A program made the position numbers and the translations under genes. A stretch of DNA of 64,000 nucleotides, from NCBI RefSeq assembly GCF_009914755.1, contig NC_060933.1; one strand, 5' to 3'. Positions 28,471 through 41,926 of the stretch are shown in pieces (within the stretch, counting starts at the first letter, position 1; each line of letters opens with the position of its first letter). The notes below the pieces were generated by a model. It ran no database searches, was not told the origin of the DNA, and worked only from the letters and a program-made list of their open reading frames with translations. The DNA comes from the human T2T-CHM13v2.0 reference genome, Homo sapiens.

Positions 28471-30680
28471 GAATGGAATGGAATGGAATGGAATGGGTTC
28501 AACTAGAATGGAATGGAAAGGAATGGAATCAACCCGAGTGGAATGGCATGGAATGGAATGGAATGGAATGGAATGGAAAGCAATGGAATGAAATGGAATG
28601 GAAGGGAATGGATTGAAATGGAAAGGAATGGAATGGAATCAACCCGAGTGCAATGTAATGGAATTGAATGGAATGGAATGGAATGCAATGGAATGAATTC
28701 AACCCGAATGGAATGGAAAGGAATGGAATAAACCCGAGTGGAATGGCATGGAATGGAGTGGAATGGAATGGAATGGAATACTACGGAAGAGAATGGAATG
28801 GAACGAAATGGAATGGAATGGAATGGAATGGAATGGAATGGAATGGAATGAACACGTGAGCAATTGAATGGAATCGAATGGAATGGAATGGAATGGAATG
28901 GATTCAACACGAATGGAATGGAAAGGAATGGAATAAACCCGAGTGGAATGGCATGGAGTGGAGTGGAATGGAATGGAATGGAATAGAATGGAATGGTACG
29001 GAATAGAATGGAATGGAACGAAATGGAATGGAATGGAATGGAATGGAATGGAATGGAATGGAATGGAATCAAACCGAGTGCAGGGGAATGGAATGGAATT
29101 GAAGGCAATGGAATGGAATCATCCGGAATTGAATGGAATGGAATGGAATCAACTCGATTGCAATGGAATGGAATGGAATGGCATGGAATGGAATGGAATG
29201 GAATGCAATGCAATGGAATGCAATGGAATGGAATGGAATTAACCCGAATAGAATGGAATGGAATGGAATGGAAGTAAATGGAATGGAAGGTAATGAACCC
29301 GAGTGCAGGGGAATGGAATGGAATGGAATGCAATGGAATGGAGTCATCCGGAATGGAACGGAAAGGAATGGAATGGAACCAACCCGTGTGCAATGGAATT
29401 GAAAGGAATGGAATGGAATGGAATGGAATGGAATGGAATGGAATGGATTCAACCCGAATGGATTGGAAAGGAAGGGAATCAACCCAAGTGGAATGGCATG
29501 GAATGGAATGGATTGGAATGGAATGGAATGGAATGCTACCGAATAGAATGGAATGGAACGAAATGGAGTAGAATGGAATGGAATGGAATGCAATCAACCC
29601 GAGTGCAATGGAATGGAGTGGAATGGATTGGAATGGAATGGAAACAACCTGAATGGAATGGAATGAAATGGAGTGTAAGGGAATTGAATACAATCAAACC
29701 GAATGTAATGGAATGGAATGGAACGGAATGGAATGGAATGGAATGGAATGGAATGCAGTGGAATGGAATCAAACCTAGTGCAATGGAATGGAATGGAATG
29801 GAATGGAATAGAATGGAATGGAATCAATTCGATTGCAATGGAATGGAATGGAATGGAATGGAATGGAATGGAATGGGTTCAACTCGAATGGAATGGAAAG
29901 GAATGGAATCAACGCGAGTGGAACGGCATGGAATGGAATGCAATGGAATGGAATGGAATGGAATGGAATGCAATGGAATGGAATGGAATGCAATGGAATC
30001 AACCCGAGTGCTATGTAATGGAATTGAATGGAATGGAATGGAATGGAATGGAATGGAATGGATTCAACCCGAATGGAATGGAAAGGAATGGAATAAACCC
30101 GAGTGGAATGGCATGGAATGGAGTGGAATGGAATGGAATGGAATGGAATGGAATGGAATGGAATGGTACGGAATAGAATGGAATGGAACGAAATGGAATG
30201 TAATGTAATGGAATGGAATGGAATGGAATGAACCCGTGTGCAATGGAATGGAATGGAAAGCAATGGAATGGAATGGAATGAACCCGTGTGCAATGGAATG
30301 GAATCGAATGGAATGGAATCAACTCGATTGCAATGGAATGTAATGGAATGGAATGGAATGGAATTAACCCTAATAGAATGGAATGGAATGGAATGGAATG
30401 GAATGGAATGGAAAGGAATGGAATGGAATAAACCCGAGTGTAGGTGAATGGAATGGAATGGAAGGCAATGGAATGCAATCATCCGGAATTGAATGGAATG
30501 GAATGGAATGGAATGGAATCAACTCGATTGCAATGGAATGTAATGGAATGGAATGGAATGGAATTAACCCTAATAGAATGGAATGGAATGGAATGGAAGG
30601 GAATGGAATGGAATGGAATGGAACGGAATTAACCGGAATAAAATGCAATGGAATGGAATGGAATGGAATGGAATGGAATG

Positions 30681-33600
30681 GAATGAAATGGAATCAACTC
30701 GATTTCAATGGAATGGAATGGAATGGAATGGAACGGAATGGAATGGAATGGAATGGAATGAAATTAACCCGAATAGAATGGAATAGAATGGAATGGAATG
30801 GAATGGAATGGAATGGAATGGAATGGAATGGAATGGAATAGAGTGGAATGGAATGGAATGGAATAGAATGGAATCCACCCGAGTGCAGGGGAATGGAATG
30901 GAATGGAATGCAATGGAATGGAATCATACGGAATGGAATGGAATGGAATGGAATGGAATCAACCCGATTGCAATGGAATGGAGTGGAATGGAATGGAATG
31001 GAATGGAAACAACCCGAATGGAATGGAATGGAATGGAATGGAGTGTAAGGGAATTGAATAGAATCAATACGAATGTAATGGAATGGAATGGAACGGAATG
31101 GAATGCAATGGAATGGAATGGAATCCAATGGAATGGGTTCAACCCGAGTGCAATGGAATGGAATCGAAAGTAATGGAATGGAATGGAATGGATTCAACAC
31201 GAATGGAATGGAAAGGAATGGCATCAACCCGAGTGGAATGGAATTTAATGGAATGGAATGGAATGGAATGGAATGCAGTGAAATGGAATCAAACCTAGTG
31301 CAATGGAATGGAATGGAATGGAATGGAATGGAATGGATTAGATTCAACCCAAATGGAATGGAAAGCAATGGAATCAACCCGAGAGGAATGGCATGGAATG
31401 GAATGGAATGGAATGGTATGGAAAGTTACGGAATAGAATGGAATGGAACGAAATGGAATGGAATGGAATGGAATGGAATGGAATGCAATGGAATAGAATG
31501 GAATCCACCCGATTACAGGGGAATGGAATGGAATGGAATGCAATGGAATGGAATGGAATGGATTCAACCCGAATGGAATGGAAAGGAAAGGAATAATCCC
31601 GAGTGAAATGGCATGGAAGGGAATGGAATGGAATGGAATGGTACGGAGTAGAATGGAATGGAACGAAATGGAATGGAATGGAATGGAATGGAAAGGAATG
31701 AACCCGTGAGCAATGGAATGGAATGGAATGGAATGGAATGGGTTCAACTCGAATGGAATGGAAAGGAATGGAATCAACCCGAGTGGAATGGCATGGAATG
31801 GAATGGAATGGAATGGAATGGAATGGAATGGAATGGAATGGATTCAACCCGAATGGAATGGAAAGGAATGGAATAAACCAGAGTGGAATGGCATGGAACG
31901 GAGTGGAATGGAATGGAATGGAAGGGAATGGTACGGAATAGAATGGAATGGAAAGAAATGGAATGGAATGGAACGGAATGGAATGGAATGGAATGGAATG
32001 GAATGGAATAGAATGAACCCGTGTGCAATTGAATGGAATCGAATGGAATAGAATGCAATGGAATGGATTCAACTAGAATGGAATGGAAACGAATGGAATC
32101 AACCCGAGTGGAATGGCATGGCATGGAATGGAATGGAATGGAATGGAATGGAAAGGTACGGAATAGAATGGAATGGAACGAAATGGAATGGAATGGAATG
32201 GAATGAATGGAATGGAATTGAATAAAATGGAATCCACCCGATTGCAGGGGAATGGAATGGAACGGAATGCAATGGAATAGAATGGAATGGATTCAACCCG
32301 AATGGAATGGAAAGGAATGGAATCAATCCGAGTGGAATGGCATGGAATGGAATGGAATGGAATGGAATGGTACGGAATAGAATGGAATGGAACGAAATGG
32401 AATGGAATGGAATGGAATGGAATGGAATGGAATCAACCTGAGTGCAATGGAATGGAGTGGAATGGAATGTAATGGAACGGAAACAACCCGAATGGAATGG
32501 AATGTAATGGAGTTTAAGGGAATTGAATACAATCAATCCGAATGTAATGGAATGGAATGGAACGGAATGGAATGGAATGGAATGGAATGGAATGAAATGG
32601 AATCAACTCGATTTCAATGGAATGGAATGGAATGGAATGGAATGGAATGGAATGGAATGGAATGAAATTAACCCGAATAGAATGGAATGGAATGGAATGG
32701 AATGGAATGGAATGGAATGGAATGGAATGGAATGGAATAGAGTGGAATGGAATGGAATGGAATAGAATGGAATCCACCCGAGTGCAGGGGAATGGAATGG
32801 AATGGAATGCAATGGAATGGAATCATACGGAATGGAATGGAATGGAATGGAATGGATTCAACCCGATTGCAATGGAATGGAGTGGAATGGAATGGAATGG
32901 AATGGAATGGAAACAACCCGAATGGAATGGAATAGAATGGAATGGAGTGTAAGGGAATTGAATAGAATCAATACGAATGTAATGGAATGGAATGGAACGG
33001 AATGGAATGCAATGGAATGGAATGGAATCCAATGGAATGGGTTCAACCCGAGTGCAATGGAATGGAATCGAAAGTAATGGAATGGAATGGAATGGATTCA
33101 ACACGAATGGAATGGAAAGCAATGGAATCAACCCGAGTGGAATGGAATTTAATGGAATGGAATGGAATGGAATGCAGTGAAATGGAATCAAACCTAGTGC
33201 AATGGAATGGAATGGAATGGAATGGAATGGAATGGAATGGAATGGATTAGATTCAACCCAAATGGAATGGAAAGCAATGGAATCAAACCGAGTGGAATGG
33301 CATGGAATGGAATGGAATGGAATGGAATGGAAAGGTATGGAATAGAATGGAATGGAACGAAATGGAATGGAATGGAATGGAATGGAATGGAATGGAATGG
33401 AATGGAATGGAATAGAATGGAATCCACCCGATTACAGGGGAATGGAATGGAATGGAATGCAATGGAATGGAATGGAATGGATTCAACCCGAATGGAATGG
33501 AAAGGAAAGGAATAATCCCGAGTGAAATGGCATGGAAGGGAATGGAATGGAATGGAATGGTATGGAGTAGAATGGAATGGAACGAAATGGAATGGAATGG

Positions 33601-34520
33601 AATGGAATGGAAAGGAATGAACCCGTGAGCAATGGAATGGAATGGAATGGAATGGAATGGAATGGGTTCAACTCGAATGGAATGGAAAGGAATGGAATCA
33701 ACCCGAGTGGAATGGCATGGAATGGAATGGAATGGAATGGAATGGATTCAACCCGAATGGAATGGAAAGGAATGGAATAAACCCGAGTGGAATGGCATGG
33801 AACGGAGTGGAATGGAATGGAATGGAAGGGAATGGTACGGAATAGAATGGAATGGAACGAAATGGAATGGAATGGAACGGAATGGAATGGAATGGAATGG
33901 AATGGAATAGAATGAACCCGTGTGCAATTGAATGGAATCGAATGGAATGGAATGCAATGGAATGGATTCAACTAGAATGGAATGGAAAGGAATGGAATCA
34001 ACCCGAGTGGAATGGCATGGCATTGAATGGAATGGAATGGAATGGAATGGAATGGAAAGGTACGGAATAGAATGGAATGGAACGAAATGGAATGGAATGG
34101 AATGGAATGAATGGAATGGAATGGAATAGAATGGAATCCACCCGATTGCAGGGGAATGGAATGGAACGGAATGCAATGGAATGGAATGGAATGGATTCAA
34201 CCCGAATGGAATGGAAAGGAATGGAATCAACCCGAGTGGAATGGCATGGAATGGAATGGAATGGAATGGAATGGTACGGAATAGAATGGAATGGAACGAA
34301 ATGGAATGGAATGGAATGGAATGGAATGGAATGGAATGGAATGGAATGGAATGGAATCAACCTGAGTGCAATGGAATGGAGTGGAATGGAATGTAATGGA
34401 ACGGAAACAACCCGAATGGAATGGAATGTAATGGAGTTTAAGGGAATTGAATACAATCAATCCGAATGTAATGGAATGGAATGGAACGGAATGGAATGGA
34501 ATGGAATGGAATGGAATGGA
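30681..34520 (+). repeat. Two tandem copies of a ~1.9-kb dialect-B unit
   Basis: GAATCCAATGG (31121/33025), GAATTTAATGG (31241/33145), GATTAGATTCAACCCAAA (31336/33245), GAATAATCCCGAGTGAAAT (31591/33510), GAGTTTAAGGG (32510/34434). Confidence 0.85.
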
Positions 34521-36249
34521 ATGGAATGACATGGAATGGCAGGGAATGGAATGGAATCAACCCGAGTGCAAAGGAATGGAATGGAATGGAATGGAAGGGA
34601 ATGGAATGGAATGGATTCAACCCGAATGGAATGGAAAGGAATGTAATAAACCTGAGTGGAATGGCATGGAATGGAATGGAATGGAATGGAATGGTACGGA
34701 ATAGAATAGAATGGAACGAAATGGAATGGAATGGATTGGAATGGAATGGAATCAACCTGAGTGCAATGGAATGGAGTGGAATGGAATGAAATGGAATGGA
34801 AACAACCCGAATGGAATGGAATGTAATGGAGTGTAAGGGAATTGAATACAATCAATCCGAATGTAATGGAATGGAATGGAACGGAATGGAATGGAATGGA
34901 ATGCCGTGGAATGGAATCAAACCTAGTGCAATGGAATGGAATGGAATGGAATGGAATGGAATGGAATGGAATGGATTGGATTCAACCCAAATGGAATGGA
35001 AAGCAATGGAATCAACCCGAGTGGAATGGCATGGAATGGAATGGAATGGAATGGAATGGAATGGAATGGAATGGAATGGAATGGTACAGAATAAAATGGA
35101 ATGGAACGAAATGGAATGGAATGGAAAGGAATGGAACGGAATGGAATGGAATCAACTCGATTGCAATGGAATGTAATGGAATGGAATGGAATGGAATGGA
35201 ATTAACGCGAATAGAATGGAATGGAATGTAATGGAACGGAATGGAATGGAATGGGATGGAATGGAATCAATCTGAGTGCAGGTGAATGGAATGGAATGGA
35301 ATGCAATGGAATGGAATGGAATGGAATGGAATGCAATGGAATCAACTAGATTGCAATGGGATGGAATGGAATGGAATGGAATGGAAGGGAATGGAATGGA
35401 ATGGAATTAACCTGAACAGAATGGAATGGAATGGAATGGAACGGAATGGAAGGGAATGGAATGGAATGGAATTAACCTGAACAGAATGGAATGGAATGGA
35501 ATGGAACGGAATGGAATGGAATGGAATGGAATGGAATGGAATTCAATGCAATGGGATCAACACGAGTGCAGGGGAATGGAATGGAATGGAATGCAATGGA
35601 ATGGAATCAATGAACCCGAGTGCAATAGAATGCAGTGGAATGGAATGGAATGGAATGGAAAGCACCCGAATGGAATGGAATGGAATGGAGTGTAAGGGAA
35701 TTAAAAAGAATCAATCCGAATGTAATGGAATGGAATGGAACGGAATGGAATGGAATGGAATGGAATGGAATGGAATCAACTCGATTGCAATGGAATGGAA
35801 TGGAATGGAATGGAATGGAATGGAATGGAATGGAATGGAATTAACCCGAATAGAATGGAATGGAATGGAATGGAATGGAATGGAATGGAATGGAATGGAA
35901 TGGAATTAACCCGAATAGAATGGAATGGAACGGAAAGGAAGGGAATGGAATGGAATGTAATCAACTCGAGTGCAGGGAAAAGCAATGCAATGGAATGAAA
36001 TGGAATGGAGTCATACGGAATGGAAGGGAATGGAATGGAATCAACCAGAGTGCAATGGAATGGAGTGGAATGGAATGGAATAGAATGGAAACAACACGAA
36101 TGGAATAGAATGTATTGGAGTGTAAGGGAATTGAATAGAATCAATCCGAATGTAATTGAATAGAACGGAAAGGAATGGAATGGAATGGAATGGAATGGAA
36201 TGGAATGGAATGGAATGGAATGAAATGGAATGGCATGGAATGGAATGGA

Positions 36250-36680
36250 ATCAACCCGAGTTCAATGGAATTGAATGGAATGGAATGGAATGGAATGGAA
36301 TGGAATGGAATCAACTCGATTGCAATGGAATGGAATGGAATGGGATGGAATGGAATGGAATGGAATGGAATGAAATTAACCCTAATAGAATGGAATGGAA
36401 TGGAATGGAATGGAATAGAATGGAATGGAAGGGAATGGAATGGAATGGAATGGAATGGAATTAACCCGAGTTCAATGGAATTGAATGGAATGGAATGGAA
36501 TGGAATGGAATGGAATCAACTCGATTGCAATGGAATGGAATGGAATGGGATGGAATGGAATGGAATGGAATGGAATGGAATGGAATGGAATGGAATTAAC
36601 CCTAATAGAACGGAATGGAATGGAATGGAATGGAATGGAATGGAATGGAATGGAATGGAATGGAATGGAATGGAATGGAA
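36250..36680 (+). repeat. Local ~210-220-bp tandem duplication
   Basis: AACCCGAGTTCAATGGAATTG at 36253 and 36463, each followed by CAACTCGATTGC...GGGATGG...TAACCCTAATAG. Confidence 0.75.
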
Positions 36681-39159
36681 TTAACCCGAATAGAATGGAA
36701 TGGAATGGAATGGAATGGAATGGAATGGAATGGAATGGAATGGAATCAACTCGATTTCAATGGAATGGAATGGAATGGAATGGAATGCAATGGAAGGGAA
36801 TGGAATGGAATGGAATGAAATTAACCCGAATAGAATGGAATGGAATGGAATGGAATGGAATGGAATGGAATAGAATGGAATCCACCCGAGTGCAAGGGAA
36901 TGGACTGGAATGGAATGCAATGGAATGGAATCATACGGAATGGAATGGAATGGAATGGAATGCAATGGAATGGAATGGAATCACCCGATTGAAATGGAAT
37001 GGAGTGGAATGGAATGGAATGGAATGGAAACAAGCCGAAAGGAATGGAATGTAATGGACAGTAAGGGAATTGAATAGAATCAATACGAATGTAATGGAAT
37101 GGAATGGAACGGAATGGAATGCAATGGAATGGAATGGAATGCAATGGAATGGGATCAACCCGAGTGAAATGGAATGGAATCGAAAGGAATGGAATAGAAT
37201 GGAATGGTTTCAACCCGAATGGAATGGAAAGGAATGGAATCAACACGAGTGGAATGGAATGGAATGGAATGGAATGGAATGGGTTCAACTCGAATGGAAT
37301 GGAAAGGAATGGAATCAACCCGAGTGGAATGGCATGGAATGGAATGGAATGGAATGGAATGGAATTGAATGGAATGGAATGGAATTAACCTGAAGAGAAT
37401 GGAAGGGAATGGAATGGAACGGAACGGAATGGAATGGAATGGAATGGAATGGAATGGAATGGGATCAACCCGAGTACAGGGGAATGGAATGCAATGGAAT
37501 GCAATGGAATGGAATCATCCCGAATGGAATGGAATGGAATGGAATGCAATGGAATGGAATCAATCAACCCGAGTGAAATAGAATGCAGTGGAATGGAATG
37601 GAATGGTATGGAAACTACCCGAATGGAATAGAATGTAATGGAGTGTAAGGGAATTAAAAAGAATCAATCCAAATGTAATGGAATTGAATGGAACGGAATG
37701 GAATGGAATGGAATGGAATGGAATGGAATGGAATTAACCCGAATAGAATGGAAAGGAATGGAATGGAATGGAATGTCATGGAATGGAATGGAATGGAATG
37801 GAACGGAAAAGAATGGAATGGAACGAAATGGAATGGAATGAAATGGAATGGAATGGAATGGAATGGAATGGAATCAAAACGAGTGCAGGGGAATGGAATG
37901 GAATTGAAGGCAATGGAATGGAATCATCCGGAATTGAATGGAATGGAATGGAATCAACTCGATTGCAATGGAATGCAATGGAATGCAATGGAATGGAATG
38001 GAATGGAATGGAATGGAATGGAATGGAATTAACACGAATAGAATGGAATTGAATGGAATAGAATGGAATGGAATGGAAGTAAATGGAATGGAATGTAATG
38101 AACCCGAGAGCAGGGGAATGGAATGGAATGGAATGCAATGGAATGGAGTCATCCGGAATGGAACAGAAAGGAATGGAATGGAATCAACCCGTGTGCAATG
38201 GAATGGAAAGGAATGGAATGGAATGGAATGGAATGGAATGGAATGGATTCAACCCGAATGGAATGGAAAGGAAGGGAATCACCCCAAGTGGAATGGCATG
38301 GAATGGAATGGAATGGAATGGAATGGAATGGAATGGTACAGAATAGAATGGAATAGAACGAAATGGAATAGAATGGAATGGAATGGTATGGAAACAACCC
38401 GAATGGAATGGAATGAAATGGAGTGTAAGGGAATTGAATACAATCAATCCGAATGTAATGGAATAGAATGGAACGGAATGGAATGGAATGGAATGGAATG
38501 CAGTGGAATGGAATCAAACCTAGTGCAATGGAATGGAATGGAATGGAATGGAATGGAATGGAATGGAATGGATTCAACCCAAATGGAATGGAAAGCAATG
38601 GAATCAACCCGAGTGGAATGGCATGGAATGGAATGGAACGGAATGGAATGGAATGTAATGGAATGGAATGGAATGGAATGGTACGGAATAGAATGGAATG
38701 GAACGAAATGGAATGGAATGGAATGGAATGGAACGGAAAGGAATGGAATGGATTCAACTCGAATGGAATGGAAAGGAATGGAATCAACCCGAGTGGAACA
38801 GCATGGATTGGAATGGAAAGGAATGGAATGGAATGGTATGGAATAGAGTGGAATGGAACGAAATGGAATGGAATGGAATGGAATGGAATGGAATGGAATG
38901 GAATGGAATGGAATGGAATCAACCCGAGTGCAGGGGAATGGAGTGGAATGGAAGGCAATGGAATGGAATCATCCGGAATGGAATGGAATGGAATGGAATG
39001 GAATGGAATGGAATGGAATCAAACTGAGTGCAGGGGAATGGAATGCAATGGAATGCAATGGAATGGAATGGAATGGAATGCAATGGAAACAACTCGATTG
39101 CAATGGAATGGAATGGAAAGGAATGGAATGGAATGGAATGGAATGGAATGGAATGGAAT

Positions 39160-41720
39160 GGAATGGAATCAACTCGATGGCAATGGAATGGAATGGAATG
39201 GAATTAACCCGAATAGAATGGAATGGAATGGAATGGAACGGAACGGAATGGAATGGAATGGAATGGAATGGAATGGAACGGAACGGAATGGAATGGAATG
39301 GAATGGAATGGAATCAACGCGAGTGCAGGGGAATGGAATGGATTGGAATGTAATGGAATGGAATCATCCGGAATGGAATGGAATGGAATGGAATGGAATG
39401 AAAGGTAATGGATTCAACTCGATTGCAATGGAATGGAATACAATGGAATGGAATGGAATGGAATGGAATTGAATGGAATGGAATGCCTTCAAACCGAATG
39501 GAATGGAAAGGAATGGAATCAACACGAGTGGAAAGGAATGGAATGGAAAGGAATGGAATGGAATGGAATGGTACGGAATAGAATGGAATGGAACGAACTG
39601 GAATGGAATGGAATGGAATGGAATGGAATGGAATCGTTCCGAGTGGAATAGGAGGGAATGTATTCGAGTGGAATGGAAAGGAATGGAATCAACCAGAGTG
39701 GAATGGAAGGGAATGGAATGGAATGGAAACTAATAGAACGGAATCAAGCCGAGTGGAATGGAATGGAAAGGACTGGAATGGAATGGAATGGAATGGAATC
39801 AACTCGATTGTAATGGAATGGAATGGAATGGAATGGAATGGAATGGAATGGAATTCACCCGAATAAAATGGAATGGAATGGAATGGAAGGGAATGGAGTG
39901 GAATGGAATGGAATCAACCCGAGTGCAGGGGAATGGAATGGAATGGAATGCAATGGAATGGAATCATCCGGAATGGAATGGAATGGAACGGAATGGAATG
40001 GAATGGAATGGTATCAACCCGAGTGCAGGGGAATGTAATGGAACGGAATGCAATGGAATGGAATCATCCGAAATGGAATGGAATGGAATGGAATGGAATG
40101 GAATCAACCCGAGTGCAATGGAATGGAGTGGAATGGAATGGAATGGAATGGCACAACCCGAATGGAATGGAATGTAATGGAGAGTAAGGGAGTTGAATAG
40201 AATCAATCCGAATGTAATGGAATGGAATGCAACGGAATGGAATGGAATGGAATGCAATGGAATGGAATGGAATGGAATGCAAAGGAATGGAATCAACCCG
40301 AGTGGAATGACATGGAATGGAATGCAATGGATTGGAATGGAATGGAATCAACTCGACTGGAAAGGAATGGAATGGAATGGAATGGAAAGGAATGGAATGA
40401 AGTCAACTCGAGTGGAATGGAATGGAACGGAATGGATTGGAATGGATTGCAATGGAATGAAATGGAATGGAATGGAATGGAATCAATCATTCCGAGTGGA
40501 ATGGAAGGGAATGTAATGGAGTTGAAAGAAGGGAATGGAATCAACCCGAGTGGAATGCAAGGCAATGGACTGGAATGGAAAGGAATGGAATGGAATCAAC
40601 TCGATTGCAATGGAATGGAATGGAATGGAATGGAATGGAATGGAATTAATCGGAATAGAATGGAATGGAATGGAATGAAATGGAAGGGAATGGAATCAAC
40701 ACGAGTGCAGGGGAATGGAATGGAATGGAATGCAATGGAATGGAATAATCCGGAATGGAATGGAATGGAATGGAATCAACTCCATTGCAATGGAATGGAA
40801 TGGAATGGAATGGAATAGAATGGAATGGAATTAACCCGAATAGAATGGAATGCAATAGAATGGAATGCAACGGAACCGAATGGAGTGGAATGGAATGGAA
40901 TGGAATCAACCCGAGTACAGGGGAATGGAATGGAATGGAATGCAATGGAATGGAGTCATCCGTAATGGCATGGAAAGGAATGGAATGGAATGGAATGGAA
41001 TGGAATGGAATGGAATCAACTCGATGGCAATCGAATGGAATGGAATGGAATTAACCCGAATAGAATGGAATGGAATGGAATGGAACGGAACAGAATGGAA
41101 TGGAATGGAATGGAATGGAATGGAATGGAACGGAACGGAATGGAATGGAATGGAATGGAATGGAATCAACGCGAGTGCAGGGGAATGGAATGGAATGGAA
41201 TGTAATGGAATGGAATCTTCCGGAATGGAATGGAATGGAATGGAATGAAAGGCAATGGATTAAACTCGATTGCAATGGAATGGAATAGAATGGAATGGAA
41301 TGGAATGGAATGGAATGGAATGGAATGGAATGCCTTCAAACCGAAAGGAATGGAAAGGAATGGAATCAACACGAGTGGAAAGGAATGGAATGGAAAGGAA
41401 TGGAATGGAATGGAATGGTACGGAATAGAATGGAATGGAACGAACTGGAATGGAATGGAATGGAATGGAATGGAATGGAATGGAATGGAATGGAATCGTT
41501 CCGAGTGCAATAGGAGGGAATGTATTCGAGTGGAATGGAAAGGAATGGAATCAACCAGAGTGGAATGGAAGGGAATGGAATGGAATGGAAACTAATAGAA
41601 TGGAATCAACCCGAGTGGAATGGAATGGAAAGGACTGGAATGGAATGGAATGGTATGGAATGGAATGGAATCAACTCGATTGTAATGGAATGGAATGGAA
41701 TGGAATGGAATGGAATGGAA
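39160..41720 (+). repeat. ~0.7-kb block duplicated at ~1.85-kb offset
   Basis: CAACTCGATGGCAAT (39170/41017), GAATGAAAGG(T/C)AATGGATT (~39396/41243), GAACGAACTGG (39591/41438). Confidence 0.7.
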
Positions 41721-41911
41721 TGGAATGGAATGGAATTAACCCGAATAGAATGGAATGGAATGGAATGGAATGGAACGGAACGGAACGGAACGGAACGGAA
41801 TGGAATGGAATGGAACGGAAAGGAATGGAATGGAATGGAATGGAATGGAATGGAATGGAATGGAATCAACGCGAGTGCAGGGGAATGGAATGGAATGGAA
41901 TGCAATGGAAT

Positions 41912-41926
41912 GGAAGCTTCCGGAAT
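41912..41926. promoter_or_regulatory. HSE variant GGAAGCTTCCGGAAT containing a HindIII site
   Basis: GGAAG-CTTCC-GGAAT keeps the nGAAn/nTTCn/nGAAn pattern; AAGCTT at 41914-41919. Confidence 0.55.

Larger units (their letters stand above)
23988..39000. repeat. Dialect-B HSat3 domain straddling junction 2 (right boundary approximate)
   Basis: Enriched for GAATCCACCCG, CAAACCTAGTGC, GAACCCGTGTGC, GGGTTCAAC, CTCGATTTCAAT and CATACGG; lacks the A markers CAACTTGAATGGAATGGAAAGAAT, CGTTCCGAGTGGAATAGGAGGG, GCCTTCAAACCG and GAGAGTAAGGGAG. Confidence 0.8.
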
